64,000 nucleotides of DNA from the NCBI GenBank assembly GCA_964016885.1, contig OZ024751.1, positions 14,818,001 through 14,882,000 on the forward strand, written 5' to 3'. Within the stretch, counting starts at the first letter, position 1, and each line of letters opens with the position of its first letter. A program made the translations under genes and the position numbers. Of this stretch, positions 42,151-57,406 are shown piece after piece. The notes below the pieces were generated by a model that made no database searches, was not told the DNA's origin, and worked only from the letters and a program-made list of their open reading frames with translations. This stretch comes from Eledone cirrhosa (lineage: Eukaryota).

Positions 42151-43309
42151 TTTGCCCAATGTGTAGTAATAAAAAAAAAAACTAGAGAAGAAATAAGACA
42201 TCTATGGACCATTGAAAAAGAGTTTGAGAATCCATTGACCACTCCGAGTGGGGTGACAGGATATGTATGAACCTGCCTGGATCAAAATATTATATCGACT
42301 GCAGTTTCAGGAAAATAGAGGAATTCGTTGGAGGAGGATTAACCAGATTTGCTCAGATTTGTTCTATGATTTTGTCATGTAAGTGTGTGTGTATATATTT
42401 GTGTGTGTGTGTGTTGGGGGGGTGTATTTTTGTGTGTGTTGTCATGTGTGTGTGTGTGGGGGGACTGTATTTGTGTGTGGGGGAACTATTTGTGTGTGGG
42501 GGGAGACTGTATTTGTGTGTGGGGGGAGACTGTCTTTGTGTGTGTGTGTGTGTGAATGTTGTGTGTGAATGTTGTCGTGTGTATATGTGTGTATGAATGT
42601 TGTCAATTGTAGGCGTGTGTGTGTATGTGTGTGTACGTCGATGTTATCGCACGCGCGTGTATGTGTGTGTGTGAATATTGTCGAGTGCGTGTCTGTGTGT
42701 AAGAATGTTGTCATGTATAGATGTGTGTGTATGTGTATGACTGTGTAAGAATGTTGTCATGTATAGATGTGTGTGTATGTTTGTGTGTGTGTATGTTTGT
42801 GTGTGAGTATGTGTATGGATGTTATCAGGGGTGTGTGTATGGATGTTGACATATGTGTGTGTATGTGTGAGTGTATGTGTGTGTGTGTGTGTGTGTGGTA
42901 GGAGGATAAGTGTTGTATTGTTAGTTGCAGCTTTATGTTGAATAAAACCTTCAGATAAGGCGTCTTTCAATCGTCTGACAATACACACTCCCACACACAC
43001 AGACACATAGATACACACACACACATATACACATACACATATACACACACAAATACACACAGATATATACACACACACATATAGATACACTGATAGACAT
43101 ACAGGCACACACACACACAGATATATACACACACATACATATAGATACACTGACAGACATACAGGCACACACACACACACACACACAAATACACACAGAT
43201 ATATACACACAGAGGCACACACACACACATACAGATACACTGACAGACATACAGGCACACACACACAAATACACACAGAGGCGAAAATACCTACATATAG
43301 CTACACTGA

Positions 43310-43359
<50 letters not shown>

Positions 43360-43606
43360 GACATACAGACACACACACAGATACGCAAATACACATACAC
43401 ACATACATATACACTGGCAGACACTCAGACATACAGCCATACACACAGTACGAGACTTACCTATAAGCTAAATAAGACATAGCTTAGAGCCACACACCCT
43501 CGGGGGCCTCTTATTTTAAAATATATTCTTATTTTATCATTAGTTTTTATTCCATAACATTAAGTCATCAAGAATTACACACACACAGAGTTATATATAT
43601 ATATAT

Positions 43607-43805
43607 AGGAAAAAGTATGACCCCGATGGCAGAGCTCAAGCCGTTTCGACGGTTATTTCTGGATATATATATATATAACGAAGGAATTGTGGTAAGGAAC
43701 CAGATGGACCATAACGTACTCAATACTTAGGGTAGTAGAGTGGGTAATAGGAACAAGTATGACCCCGACGGCAGAGCTCAAGCCGTTTCGACGGCTATTT
43801 CTGGA
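43607..43805 (-). mobile_element. Two non-palindromic family E fragments
   Basis: Both stop at tatttctgga (43663 and 43805). Confidence 0.7.
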
Positions 43806-43827
43806 CAGTTATAAATATACAGATATA

Positions 43828-43963
43828 AATAACTGACGACTGAAGACAGATATAAATATCTGCCTTCAAGAAACCACTGGTAAATGAAATAATTATCTTA
43901 TGTTGTTTATTACATAACTAAAAAGCTCTCTTTCCCTGTACCTTCCCTACGGAAATACTTCAT
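43828..43963 (+). mobile_element. Hammerhead-bearing fragment (family C)
   Basis: CTGACGA-c-tgaagacagata..tatctgccttca-a-GAAA-ccactgg-TA|aatgaa. Confidence 0.7.
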
Positions 43964-44181
43964 CATATATATATATATACATATATATATACACTCGCTT
44001 TCTCTCTCACACACACACACCCACACACATATAGTAATATATATATATATATATATATATAAATATAAATTATCGAGAATCGCATTTCGGCCCACGAAAT
44101 AACGAAAAACAACCTCCGAGATGTGTGGCAAGTGCTCAATGATTCAGATGAACCAGAGCTATAACAATATATATATAGACA

Positions 44182-44214
<33 letters not shown>

Positions 44215-44229
44215 CCACACACATATAGT

Positions 44230-44278
<49 letters not shown>

Positions 44279-44286
44279 TCTCTCTC

Positions 44287-44340
<54 letters not shown>

Positions 44341-44365
44341 TATTTAATTTTGTAATCATTAATGA

Positions 44366-45345
44366 ATAATGGTTTCTGATTTAGACATAAAACGAATAAT
44401 TTTGAGGGAGGGAAAAGTCTATTAAAATCTACACCAGTGCATTACTGGTACTTCATTTTATTGACCTTCCGTAAGGATAAAAGGTAAAGCTAGACTCAGC
44501 GGGATTTGAACTCAGAACATAAAGAGCCGTAACTCTCTGCCGTAAAGGATGGTGTCCGATGCTCTACTGATTATTGCCAATCTACGGCACTCATAATAAT
44601 TGTTTCTACTTTAGGCACAAGGCCAGCAATTACCCAGTGCATTACTGGTACTTTATTTTATCGACCCCGTAAGGATGAAAGGCAAAGTCAACCTCGGCGG
44701 GATTTGAACTCAGATCGTAAAGGGACGTAACTATGCTGGAAAGCATGGCGTCCGACTCTCTACCTATACTGCCAATCCACCGCCCACGGAACTCATAACA
44801 ATGGTTTCTGATTTAGGCACAAGGCCAGCAATTTTTTGGGGGAAGGAAAGTCGATTAAATCGACCCCAGTGCATAACTGGTTCTTTATTTTATCGACCCC
44901 TTAAGGATAGGCAAAGCTCATCTCAGCCGGATTTGGACTCAGAACGTAAAGGGACGTAACTCTATGTCACGAAGCAGGGTGTCCGACGCTCTACCGACAC
45001 TGCCAATACGCCGCCCTTCAACCTCAGTGCATTACTGGTACGTTATTTTATCGACCCCGTAAGGATGAAAGGCAAAGATAACCCCGGCAGGGGTTAACTT
45101 TGCCTTTCATCCTTACGGGGTCGTAATAGTTTCTAATATAGGTACAAGGCGAACAATTTGAGGCTGGATGAGGGATAATCGATAAATCGACCTCAGTGTA
45201 TTACTGGTACTTTATTTTATCGACCCCGTAAGGACGAATGGCAAAGTTAACTTCAGCGAGGTTTGAACACAGAACACGTAAAAAGAGCCGAAACAAAATG
45301 CAGCAAAGAATTTTGTCCGACGCTCTAACGATTCTCACAATCCAC
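44366..45345 (-). mobile_element. Cluster of about five family A SINEs, one folded back
   Basis: Consecutive copies; palindrome at 45052-45123. Confidence 0.85.
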
Positions 45346-46550
45346 CAAATAAATATCATCTCGACATACTGTAAAACCTGCAAAAGGGATACGAGCCAAA
45401 ATAGAATATATATATATGCATAGATCGATAAACAATGATTAATGACGTCATTGAGAGAAGGAAGACGGTGGTGGGATTTATAAAATGTCTGAGTGACGTG
45501 AGATGAGATGTGACGAGACGAGACGAGATGAAACGAGATGGAGCGAGAATTATTGTAAGATGATGTTATTAGAACGGATAAGTGATTAATAATTGTTTCG
45601 GCTTTTTTACTTTGCTTTACACTATAAAAACAAAACATTAGGATTGCAAAGCAAAATTCTGATGATGAGACAGACAACTTGTATCATCTTACTAGCAACA
45701 GGGAAGGGGAGAGGAGGAGTAATATTCTCAGCACATCAGGAAGATCATATATATATATATATATATATGAAAAAATGGGGAGAAGAATACTGCAGGTTGC
45801 ACATGTTATAAAATGAGTCCCTCATCAGTGATTTGCCAACGATCATAGATATTTCATTGCATTAAAAATCATATACCTCACGTTGGTGCAATAATAACTA
45901 CATTAAGTTATTAGGACAATTAAAACGCGTAAAGCGAGTGAGACAAGTAAACAACAAAGAGGAAAGCTAACCGTAGATAGGAAGAGACACACGTTGGTGT
46001 TGTCATAGTTATTATATATATATATATATATCGGGAGCTTCCAACAGGAATGGTTGCATTTTTTAAGGGTATGTCAATATTTATTTATAAAACTGAACTA
46101 TATTATATTTTATCTGATGAAAGCACACCATAATTTAACTTGGTGTCCTTGAAATATGTATAATATATATGCACACCTCGTGTATTTGTTTATTTTTAAT
46201 TGTTTTTAACCCCCAGCCACCACCCCTCCTCTCACTTATCGTTGTCAACACGTATCTTTTATTTTTGACTTTGTATTTTTTGTTCTTATTCATTTATTTA
46301 TTTATTCTTAATACTTCATGTATATGTATGTAGATACATATACGCTTATGTGACAAAGTATACGTCTACGTACTTTTTAAGTATATGCGCGTGGTTGAGT
46401 GTGTGTATATTTGTATATTTATTGTTTTTATATATAGATATGTATTTTTCTTTCTTTCTCTTCTTCTTCGCCCGTTATTTCCTCAGCCTCACTTTCATAT
46501 TTCTTATATTTTGTTTCAAAATCCATATTTAATAAAAATACTATGTTTTA

Positions 46551-46608
46551 TTCATTCTGACGACTGAAAACAGATATATCTAATTTCAAGAAACCACTGG
46601 TAAATGAA
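46551..46608 (+). ncRNA. Type-I hammerhead ribozyme motif (family C)
   Basis: ttcatt-CTGACGA...GAAA-ccactgg-TA|aatgaa; perfect 6-bp stem I. Confidence 0.75.
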
Positions 46609-46753
46609 ATAGTACTAAGAGTGAGAAATGAAATTTCGTTTCATTTTTTCCATTTATCTTATGTTGTTTATTACATAGCTAATAAGCTCTGTAGCCTACA
46701 TAGAGCACTCTTTTTTCCTGTACCTTTCCGACGGAATTACTTCATTCACACAT

Positions 46754-47601
<848 letters not shown>

Positions 47602-47649
47602 ACACACACACAGACACACACACACACACGCACGCACACACACACACAC

Positions 47650-48281
47650 ACGCATATTTATTAATTGTTTCTACTTTTGGCACAAGGCCAGCAAATATCC
47701 AGTGCATTACTGGTACTTTATTTTATAGACCCCGTAAGGATGAAAGGCAAAGTTAACCTCGGTGGGATTTGAACTCAGATCATACAGGGAGGTAACTCTA
47801 TGCTTCAAAGCATGGCGTCTGCCCCTCTACCGATACTGCCAATAAACGCATATTTATTAATGGTTTCTTATATAGGCACAAGGCCAGTAATTTGGGGGAA
47901 GGGGAAAGTCGATTAAATCGACTCCAGTGCGTGACTGGTACTTTATTTTATCGACCCCATAAGGATGAAAGGCAAAATTAACCTCGGCGGGATTTGAGCT
48001 CAGATCATAAAGAGCCGTAACTCTATGCTGCAAAGCACGGCGTCCGCCCCTCTACCGATACTGCCAATAAACGCATATTTATTAATTGTTTCTACTTTAG
48101 GCACAAGGCCAGCAATTCACCAGTGCATTACTGGTACTTTATTTTATCGTCCCCGTAAGGATGAAAGGCAAAGTCAACCTCGGCGGGATTTGAACTCAGA
48201 TCGTAAAGGGACGTAACTATGCTGGAAAGCATGGCGTCCGATCCTCTACCGATACTGCCAATCCAACGCATATTTATTAAT
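47650..48281 (-). mobile_element. Three family A SINEs separated by four copies of a 16-bp sequence
   Basis: acgcatatttattaat at 47650, 47846, 48071 and 48266. Confidence 0.9.
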
Positions 48282-48435
48282 GCCAGATAGTGAGTCGTGT
48301 TACTCTGGAGTTTTGCTTGTTTATCACAGGGTCATAAAATATGTTTGTGTACATAATATATTACACACACACACACACACATATATATGTATATATATGT
48401 ATATACACATCTCACTCTCTCTATATATACATACA

Positions 48436-48495
<60 letters not shown>

Positions 48496-48535
48496 CATAC
48501 ATACATACATACAAAGATACAAACATACATATATG

Positions 48536-48594
<59 letters not shown>

Positions 48595-48643
48595 ATATAT
48601 ATATATATATATATACATACAAAGATACAAACATACATATATG

Positions 48644-48696
<53 letters not shown>

Positions 48697-48739
48697 CAAA
48701 GATCCAAACATACATATATGTATAATATATATATATATG

Positions 48740-48770
<31 letters not shown>

Positions 48771-48844
48771 CATACAAACATACATATATGTATAATATAT
48801 ATATATATATATATGTATATAATATATATATATATATGTATATA

Positions 48845-48921
<77 letters not shown>

Positions 48922-49153
48922 TGTGTAATCGTGTACAGTATTATGATATTTTTCTACATATACAGCTATGAGTGTGTATGTGTTAGGGTATATTTATATT
49001 TCGAGTGACGTGGTGTGTTGTGTCAAAGGTCATATTATCTCAAAAGACTGATAAAAAGGATAGGCTCGGTTATGTTGGAATTTCAACTGTAATCTCTACA
49101 TAAAGTGGCTGACATATTAGAAACCTGTTCAGTCTTACATACATACATACACA

Positions 49154-49200
<47 letters not shown>

Positions 49201-49253
49201 GTATACATACATACTTACATATGTATATATACATATATACATAGATACATATA

Positions 49254-49709
49254 TGGTGGCTGCCAACTCGTTTTCGAGTACGGCCACTACTTTATATCCA
49301 TGTAGGAGAACCCCCACCGATGCGCTGAACGAGTGTGACTTTTTAGTCCAGCCAGCGACTTGAAAACTCTGGTACAAACACTACACTTGTGACAATTATT
49401 GACACATAGTGTTGGGCCCATGGTACCATGTGACGACAAGTGCAGAGAGATCTCCAGATATAAAGCAATACCTGTGCCGTGAAGCTTTTATAGTAAGCAA
49501 AGGCACTGCACAAAGCCAGTCCCACTATCTTAACCAAGATGATATTTACCAAAAAGAAGAACAAGTCAACATCATTGGATAGCATCAGGGTTGCAGGTGT
49601 TAAATCAGAGTTTTCCTTCTCCTAGAATTCTGCCTTGACAAAGGCTAAGGAGTCATCTCTCCCGGTGATTTTCGATGGCCATTGACTCTTAAGAGCTCCT
49701 TTGCCCTTT
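49254..49709 (-). mobile_element. Unclassified repeat, copy 2 of 3
   Basis: Homologous to 5583-6024. Confidence 0.8.
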
Positions 49710-49752
49710 GATACATACATAGATACATAGATACATACATACACACACACAC

Positions 49753-49805
<53 letters not shown>

Positions 49806-50333
49806 AATATGATAATAAGGGCGCTGCGGAGTTGCAAATGGGTTACATATGAAAATAGTTTGTCCTTCATCAGTGATCTTCCAACCATCATAGGCATTTC
49901 ATCGCTTTAAAGACCATATACCTCCGGTTGGTGCGAGCAACGGCTAAAAAAGTCGTTGGAACACGTAAATAAAGGGGACGCAGGTGTAAACAAACAAAAT
50001 GGTGAAGCAAGAGAAAGTGAAGAAGAAGGAGACAAGTCCCAGATTTCTATGAATTTAAATTCGGTGAAATCGTGAACGAGAGAATAAAGACCATCAAACC
50101 TGGTTGAAATGTGAGCAAGGAAGGAATTTCGCACAGGTCTAACGGGGGGAAGAAGGGGTCTGGTCTGCGAATTCGGTAAACATAAGTTCTGTGAAATCGT
50201 AGACGAGAGAGAGAAGAAATTCCGACCAGGAAGAGAGGTAGTGACACAGAATGAGTGAGTGATAAATGAAGTATTTCCGTCGGAAAGATAGGGGAAAAAA
50301 GAGTGCTCTATGTAGGCTACAGAGCCTTTTAGT

Positions 50334-50485
50334 TATGTAATAAACAACATAAGATAATTATTTCATTTACCAGTGGTTTCTTGAAGGCAGATGTGTCTGT
50401 CTTCAGTCGTCAGTATGAATAAATAACATCTGCCTTCAAGAAACCAGTGGTAAATGAAATAATTATCTTATGTTGTTTATTACAT

Positions 50486-50486
<1 letters not shown>
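50334..50486. mobile_element. Family C fold-back with a hammerhead (50362-50419, minus)
   Basis: Arms about 50334-50393/50426-50486; right arm restarts at the stem II apex. Confidence 0.8.
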
Positions 50487-50520
<34 letters not shown>

Positions 50521-50546
50521 CACATCTATATACACACACACACACA

Positions 50547-50596
<50 letters not shown>

Positions 50597-50789
50597 AATA
50601 TATGTATACTTACATTTAAGTATCAGCCGTACTAAGAGTGAGAAATGAAATTTCGTTTAATTCTTTTCCATATATATATATATATATAAAAACATACATA
50701 CATACACACATACATACATATATATATAGAGATAAATAAATATATATATATATATATATAAATACATATATACATAAATATATAGATAT

Positions 50790-50874
<85 letters not shown>

Positions 50875-51122
50875 AACAGACCAGTTCACTGAGTAGGTAG
50901 TACAGATACTTGAAAGACAAACAACAAACACAAAAGCAGACGATAGAGGGTATAAAGAACACAAGAATGTTGGCATGAACTATCGATAAATGTCTAACTT
51001 CTCACCTAGAAGTTTATCTTGCTGTAAACTAGGGGCAAGATATCTCCACCAAGGACAGTTCTACACAAAAGAAAGAAACCACCAGATGAGAATATATGGA
51101 GGCTATGTCAAATCTCTCTCTC

Positions 51123-51682
<560 letters not shown>

Positions 51683-51834
51683 TATATATATACCCCACCA
51701 AGGACAGTTCTACTCAAAAGACAGAAACCACAGCAGATAACAATAAATGGGAAGCTATGTCAAATCAAAGCTGTAGACATTAAATATTTCATAGACGACT
51801 GTGAAAGAGAATGTAGTTAACCTACTATGGTGTG

Positions 51835-51909
<75 letters not shown>

Positions 51910-52694
51910 CAGGGTGTTCCTCAAAAATATATACACACTTGATTAGAGTGATGTTGAAGTGTGTATATATTTTTTGGGGCACCCTATATATATATATATT
52001 CCTTTTATCGTTTTCGGTGTGCCCGGCCGACTGAATTCACTCGATATGCAAATTAGGCTGCTCAGCCGTTAATATGTATAAGGAAAGTATATACTTTCAG
52101 ACCATCTGGCAGGAAGGTATACGATGCTGACGATAGCTAATAAGCTTGAAACTAGTACATCGTTCCTATATATATATATAAGATATTAATTCAACAATGA
52201 AAATAATAACAACAAAATCTCGGAGGGTCGATCATATCGACATATTGACTGATCGATAGCAGTTATGTAACTGTAAACTATCAGACTTCTTCGGAAACAA
52301 TATATACATATATATATAAATACATAAAGACACACACACCAACACCCACGCCCTTGGCTTATACAGATTTATATAACAGAGCCAAAAGTGCCACCTCAAT
52401 AAAAAAATGCCGCCTGGGGGTGGTCCTCCTCTTGTCTCCCCACTCACCCCAACCCCCAACACCTCTGCCATGAATAAACAACCATATTAAAACACAACCG
52501 ACCAAATATTGTTATCTGAAACTGCAATGTAGAAGACACCACTGTATGTACGATTGAGGAGGAAGAAGAAGAAGAAGAAGAAGAAGAAGAAGAAGAAGAA
52601 GAAGAAGAAGAAGAAGAACCGGACCCTGCAATTCCAGCGTCCTCCAAGACTGGTAAACGTTGGCGTTGTCATTGACTTTCTTGGTCATATATAC

Positions 52695-52740
<46 letters not shown>

Positions 52741-52966
52741 TCATAGATATATATATATATATTCATATATTTATATATATATATTCATATATTTATATAT
52801 ATATTCATTTTATTACGGGATCATCAGAAAAGATCCTGTGATAAACAGATGAAACTCCAGAGTAACAAGACTCACTGTTTAACTTTAATAAAATAAATAT
52901 TTAAACTCTACTTCGGTATTGAGTACTCTTTGCCACTAGCTGTCATCCACATATACACACACTCAC

Positions 52967-53019
<53 letters not shown>

Positions 53020-53124
53020 AAGTATGAATTCCTACGTGTAAAAAATACATATAGGGAAACAAGTATTATCCAACCGTATGCCAATGTGGTTCTATGGCGG
53101 GTTAATAAATTAACAAGCCAGAAC

Positions 53125-53318
53125 ATATAAAATCAAGGTCTAGCAAATAGAGAAAAAGTTTTAAATAAATTTTAAAAAATTCGCTGCACTTACTATATGT
53201 GCCTTTCCGTTTATTCTGGAGCATGAAACCGCGGTAAAGACACATATAGTAAGTACAGCGAATTTTTAAAAATTTATTTTAAAACTTTTTCTCTATTTGC
53301 TAGACCTTGATTTTATAT
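53125..53318. repeat. Imperfect palindrome (~85-bp arms) ending in (TA)n
   Basis: ataaaatcaaggtctagc.../...gctagaccttgattttat. Confidence 0.85.
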
Positions 53319-53339
53319 ATATATATATATATATATTCT

Positions 53340-53378
53340 TTGTTCTGATGAAGGACTAGCGTCCGAAACGTTAAGACC
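53340..53378 (+). ncRNA. Minimal hammerhead motif
   Basis: CTGATGA-a-ggac-tagc-gtcc-GAAA-cgtta. Confidence 0.65.
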
Positions 53379-53473
53379 CTCTTCCTGCTATTTCAAGCGT
53401 TAACCTAATATATTCCTTCCATATACTGTACGGATTGTGTTGTTATTTCTGTTCACCTTTTATATACATACGT

Positions 53474-53538
<65 letters not shown>

Positions 53539-53541
<3 letters not shown>

Positions 53542-54150
53542 TGGCTGCCAACTCGTTTTCGAGTACGGCCACTACTTTATATCCATGTAGGAGAACCCCT
53601 ACCGATGGGCTGAACGACGTGTGTGACTTTTTAGTCCAGCCAGCGACTTGAAAACTCTGGTACAAACACTACACTTGTGACAATTATTGACACATAGTGC
53701 TGGGCCCATGGTACCATGTGACGACAAGTGCAGAGAGATCTCCAGATATAAAGCAATGCCTGTGCCGTGAAGCTTTTATAGTGAGCAAAGGCACTGCACA
53801 AAGCCAGTCCCACTCTCTTAACCAAGATGATATTTACCAAAAAGAAGAACAAGTCAACATCATTGGATACCATCAGGGTTGCAGGTGTTATATCAGAGTT
53901 TTCCTTCTCCTAGAATTCTGCCTTGACAAAGGCTAAGGGGTCATCTCTCCCGGTGATTTTGGATGGTCATTGACTCTTAAGAGCTCCTTTGCCCTTTGAC
54001 AGGTTTTGTTTTTAGTCCTGCAGGATGTCCAAAGTCACCCTCCTCACCAAGAAACCTTGGTGGGGTTGCCAGTTTAGTCGCCAACGACCCGACCATGAGA
54101 CAGGTTGTACTGGGATACATGTTACCAGTAGCACCAACTGGTGACCTGAC
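53539..54150 (-). mobile_element. Unclassified repeat, longest copy (3 of 3), between (TA)n tracts
   Basis: Extends about 150 bp beyond copies 1 and 2. Confidence 0.8.
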
Positions 54151-54165
54151 ATATATATATATATA

Positions 54166-55827
54166 TTATACTTGGGGAGGGTGATATTTGTGTAATAATA
54201 TTGCCAGAATTAATAACAGAACACTCTCACTGTTTGGTTGGTTTTCGCTTCTGTGTCTTTTATATCGGTTAATTTAATTTATTCGGTCCTCAATGTTACC
54301 ATTGACTGACCAACGGTCAAAAATACAGATACAGTATAGACACAAACACATATATATAGTCTAACAAAGTTCTTTCGTTGCATATCTGCAACATCGTCAG
54401 TGGTGCTATTATGTTTCCTCCCGTTGTATTGTATGCCTACACCATCTTTATTTAGTCTGTTTATTTTTTTTTTTTTGTCATCTCTGCGCATGCGTTTGCG
54501 TGTGTGTATAGTGCCTTCTAAGTTCGATTTCGCTGGCCTCTCTGATTTGCCTATCTGCTGGGTCATTTCTATGTTTAGATATTATTCTAATTTCTATGTT
54601 GTCTATGTTACCGTCGTGTTGTTGTCTAGTATATTCGTATAGTACTGAACCGTTTTTTCGTCCTTTTAGTTCCCCCCAGTGTTGGTCTATCCTTTCATCT
54701 ATGCTACGAGATGTCTCGCCTATGTATGTTGTCATGTTTCTGCAAGTACCCTCTGTACATCTTATGCTATAGACTACGTTTCTAGTTTTACAGTTTATCC
54801 GGGGATTTACTTTACATATAATACATTTCCTATTAGTACAGTGGGTTTTCTTAAAAGGGTAGGTTTTGCTGATCAGGGATTTTATGGTGGTTCCTGGCTT
54901 TTCTACCACCTTAATCTTTAAGTGGGTCTGTCTCAGGGCCTTTCTACACTGGTTAGCTAATTTCCCTCCAGGGGTAGCGTCCATAAACATGACACTCTGG
55001 TATCTCTGGTTGTCGTACCATGAGGTGGCTTTCCCTATCTTATGTCTAGTCCTGTCTAAGCTATTCCATGATTTGCTCCTGTATAATGGACAAATTCCTT
55101 TCATGTCCAGTTCTATGAGGGTCTTATACTTCTCCGTGGCTCCTTCGTATACTCTGATTCTGTCTCTGCGGTTGATGAAGTGTTGGATGTCTCTTTCCAT
55201 TTCTGTAGGGTCGCACATGCGGGACACGTTCTTCATCACTCGTACCAAGTCTGCGATCAGAATATTAAACTTAGCACTGGACATTGCTGAGTTTTTGAGT
55301 ATCAGGTATTTGGAGGTCATGGGTTTAGCATAGTGTGAGTGGAGAATTTGGGCTCTCTCGTCTATAGTGGTAATCCAGAGTTCCGTGTCTAATACAGGTA
55401 GTCTATTGTTAGGGTGTTTGGAAGGGTAGTCGATAGTTACAGTTATACTCTGGTATATGGAATTAGCTATCTGCTGGATGCTTTCCATTGTGCTACGTTC
55501 TAAATCAAACTTGTTAGTACTCTCTTGTGGGGATGTCCTTATTACTATATTGATGTCGTCTACGTAACGAGAGTACATGATGAGGTCTATGGAGCTCTCA
55601 TCAAGGAGATCTTTGAGTCTCCTTTCCCACCATACCATAAAAAGGTTGGCAACGTCACCAGCTATACTGACGCCAATGGCTGCTCCTTCATTTTGGGTGT
55701 AGATCTTCTCGTTGAATTTGAATATGTGCCCTTTAGGGTACACAAATATGACCCTCCCCAAGTATAACAATATTTGTTTCGACACACGATTTCATATAAA
55801 AAACCTCGCAAAACTAATTCATCGCCG

Positions 55828-55828
<1 letters not shown>
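54166..55828 (-). mobile_element. 5'-truncated Penelope-like element with 3' hammerhead (54365-54402) and inverted terminal segment at the 5' junction
   Basis: 54166-54194 is inverted at 55739-55767 (28/29 match), then a tail extension to 55828; (TA)n on both sides. Confidence 0.9.
54510..55740 (-). pseudogene. PLE reverse transcriptase (C-terminal part), Cys-rich linker and GIY-YIG endonuclease; Neptune-like layout
   Basis: [66 protein letters not shown]. Confidence 0.9.
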
Positions 55829-55906
<78 letters not shown>

Positions 55907-56088
55907 CATATACATATATATATATATAGTGACGAAACATAAGTCAATTGCATGAACTCATAATCCTTTATTTACTGGTATATATATTTCGATGATAGCC
56001 ATTGAGTGGCTATGACCTCATCAGGCAGTTAGTCAGTTCTTAGATATGCCAGCTCTGTGTTTATAGTGTTGATGGTATCAGAGCCTTG

Positions 56089-56153
<65 letters not shown>

Positions 56154-56158
56154 CATAC

Positions 56159-56206
<48 letters not shown>

Positions 56207-56211
56207 CATAC

Positions 56212-56255
<44 letters not shown>

Positions 56256-56280
56256 TTATATATATATATATATATATATA

Positions 56281-56821
56281 AAATATTAAATAAATAATGA
56301 ATAAACAATTCCTTATATTAAACAAAAAAAGTTCATTATTTAACGATCGTTTCTAGGGTATATATGTGTTATAATTGGTATGCATATTCAACAGATCTAT
56401 GTACAAAATTATACAAAATTATACAAATTATCAAGATTAAATATACATACCTAACACATATATACGCCGTCTTCAGAAATAATATTTATTTCTGAAGACG
56501 GCGTATATATGTGTTAGGTATGTATATTTAATCTTGATAATTTGTATAATTTTGTATAATTTTGTACATAGATCTGTTGAATATGCATACCAATTATAAC
56601 ACATATATACCCTAGAAACGATCGTTAAATAATGAACTTTTTTTGTTTAATATAAGGAATTGTTTATTCATTATTTATTTAATATTTTATCTTGACTCTG
56701 TATACCGTTTATCTTTCACCGAAAGTGGATTTTCATTACATCTCTTCTTTCCATGATATCCGGAATACATTGAGTTCTTCATACGGATTGGACACTACCG
56801 TAAACTCTTGGTAGATTTATC

Positions 56822-56824
<3 letters not shown>
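56281..56824. mobile_element. 407-bp palindrome of two back-to-back hammerheads, plus tail
   Basis: Arms 56281-56482/56486-56687; ttattt-CTGAAGA-long stem II-GAAA-cgatcg-TT|aaataa. Confidence 0.85.
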
Positions 56825-56902
<78 letters not shown>

Positions 56903-56903
<1 letters not shown>

Positions 56904-57102
56904 AAGCGAAAGAAGTGTGGTAAGGAACCAGGTAGACCATAACGCACCAGAGTACTCAATACTTTGGGTAGTAGAGTGGGTAATAGGAAAATGTTCAAGA
57001 CCCCGACGGTAGAGCTCAAGCCGTTTCGACGGCTATTTCAGTCCAGAAATAGCCGTCGAAACGCCTTGAGCTCTGCCGTCGGGGTCTTGAACATTTTCCT
57101 AT
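56903..57102. mobile_element. Family E palindromic element plus tail
   Basis: Arms within 56983-57102. Confidence 0.8.
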
Positions 57103-57110
57103 CATACATG

Positions 57111-57157
<47 letters not shown>

Positions 57158-57406
57158 CATTATATTAATAAATGGAAACTATATTTATAAAATCATAATT
57201 ATTTTATTATATATATTTCAAGGGCTACCAAAGCAAATTTTGGTGCGCTTTCATCAGATAAAATACACAATTTGTTTTATAAATGTTGACATACCCGCCG
57301 AAGAACAACCTTGACTATATATATATATATATATATTTTGGAAAAATTTGAACAGGAACAAAACAGAGAGCAGTACAACGAATGTTTATTAATTTCACGC
57401 TCTGGA

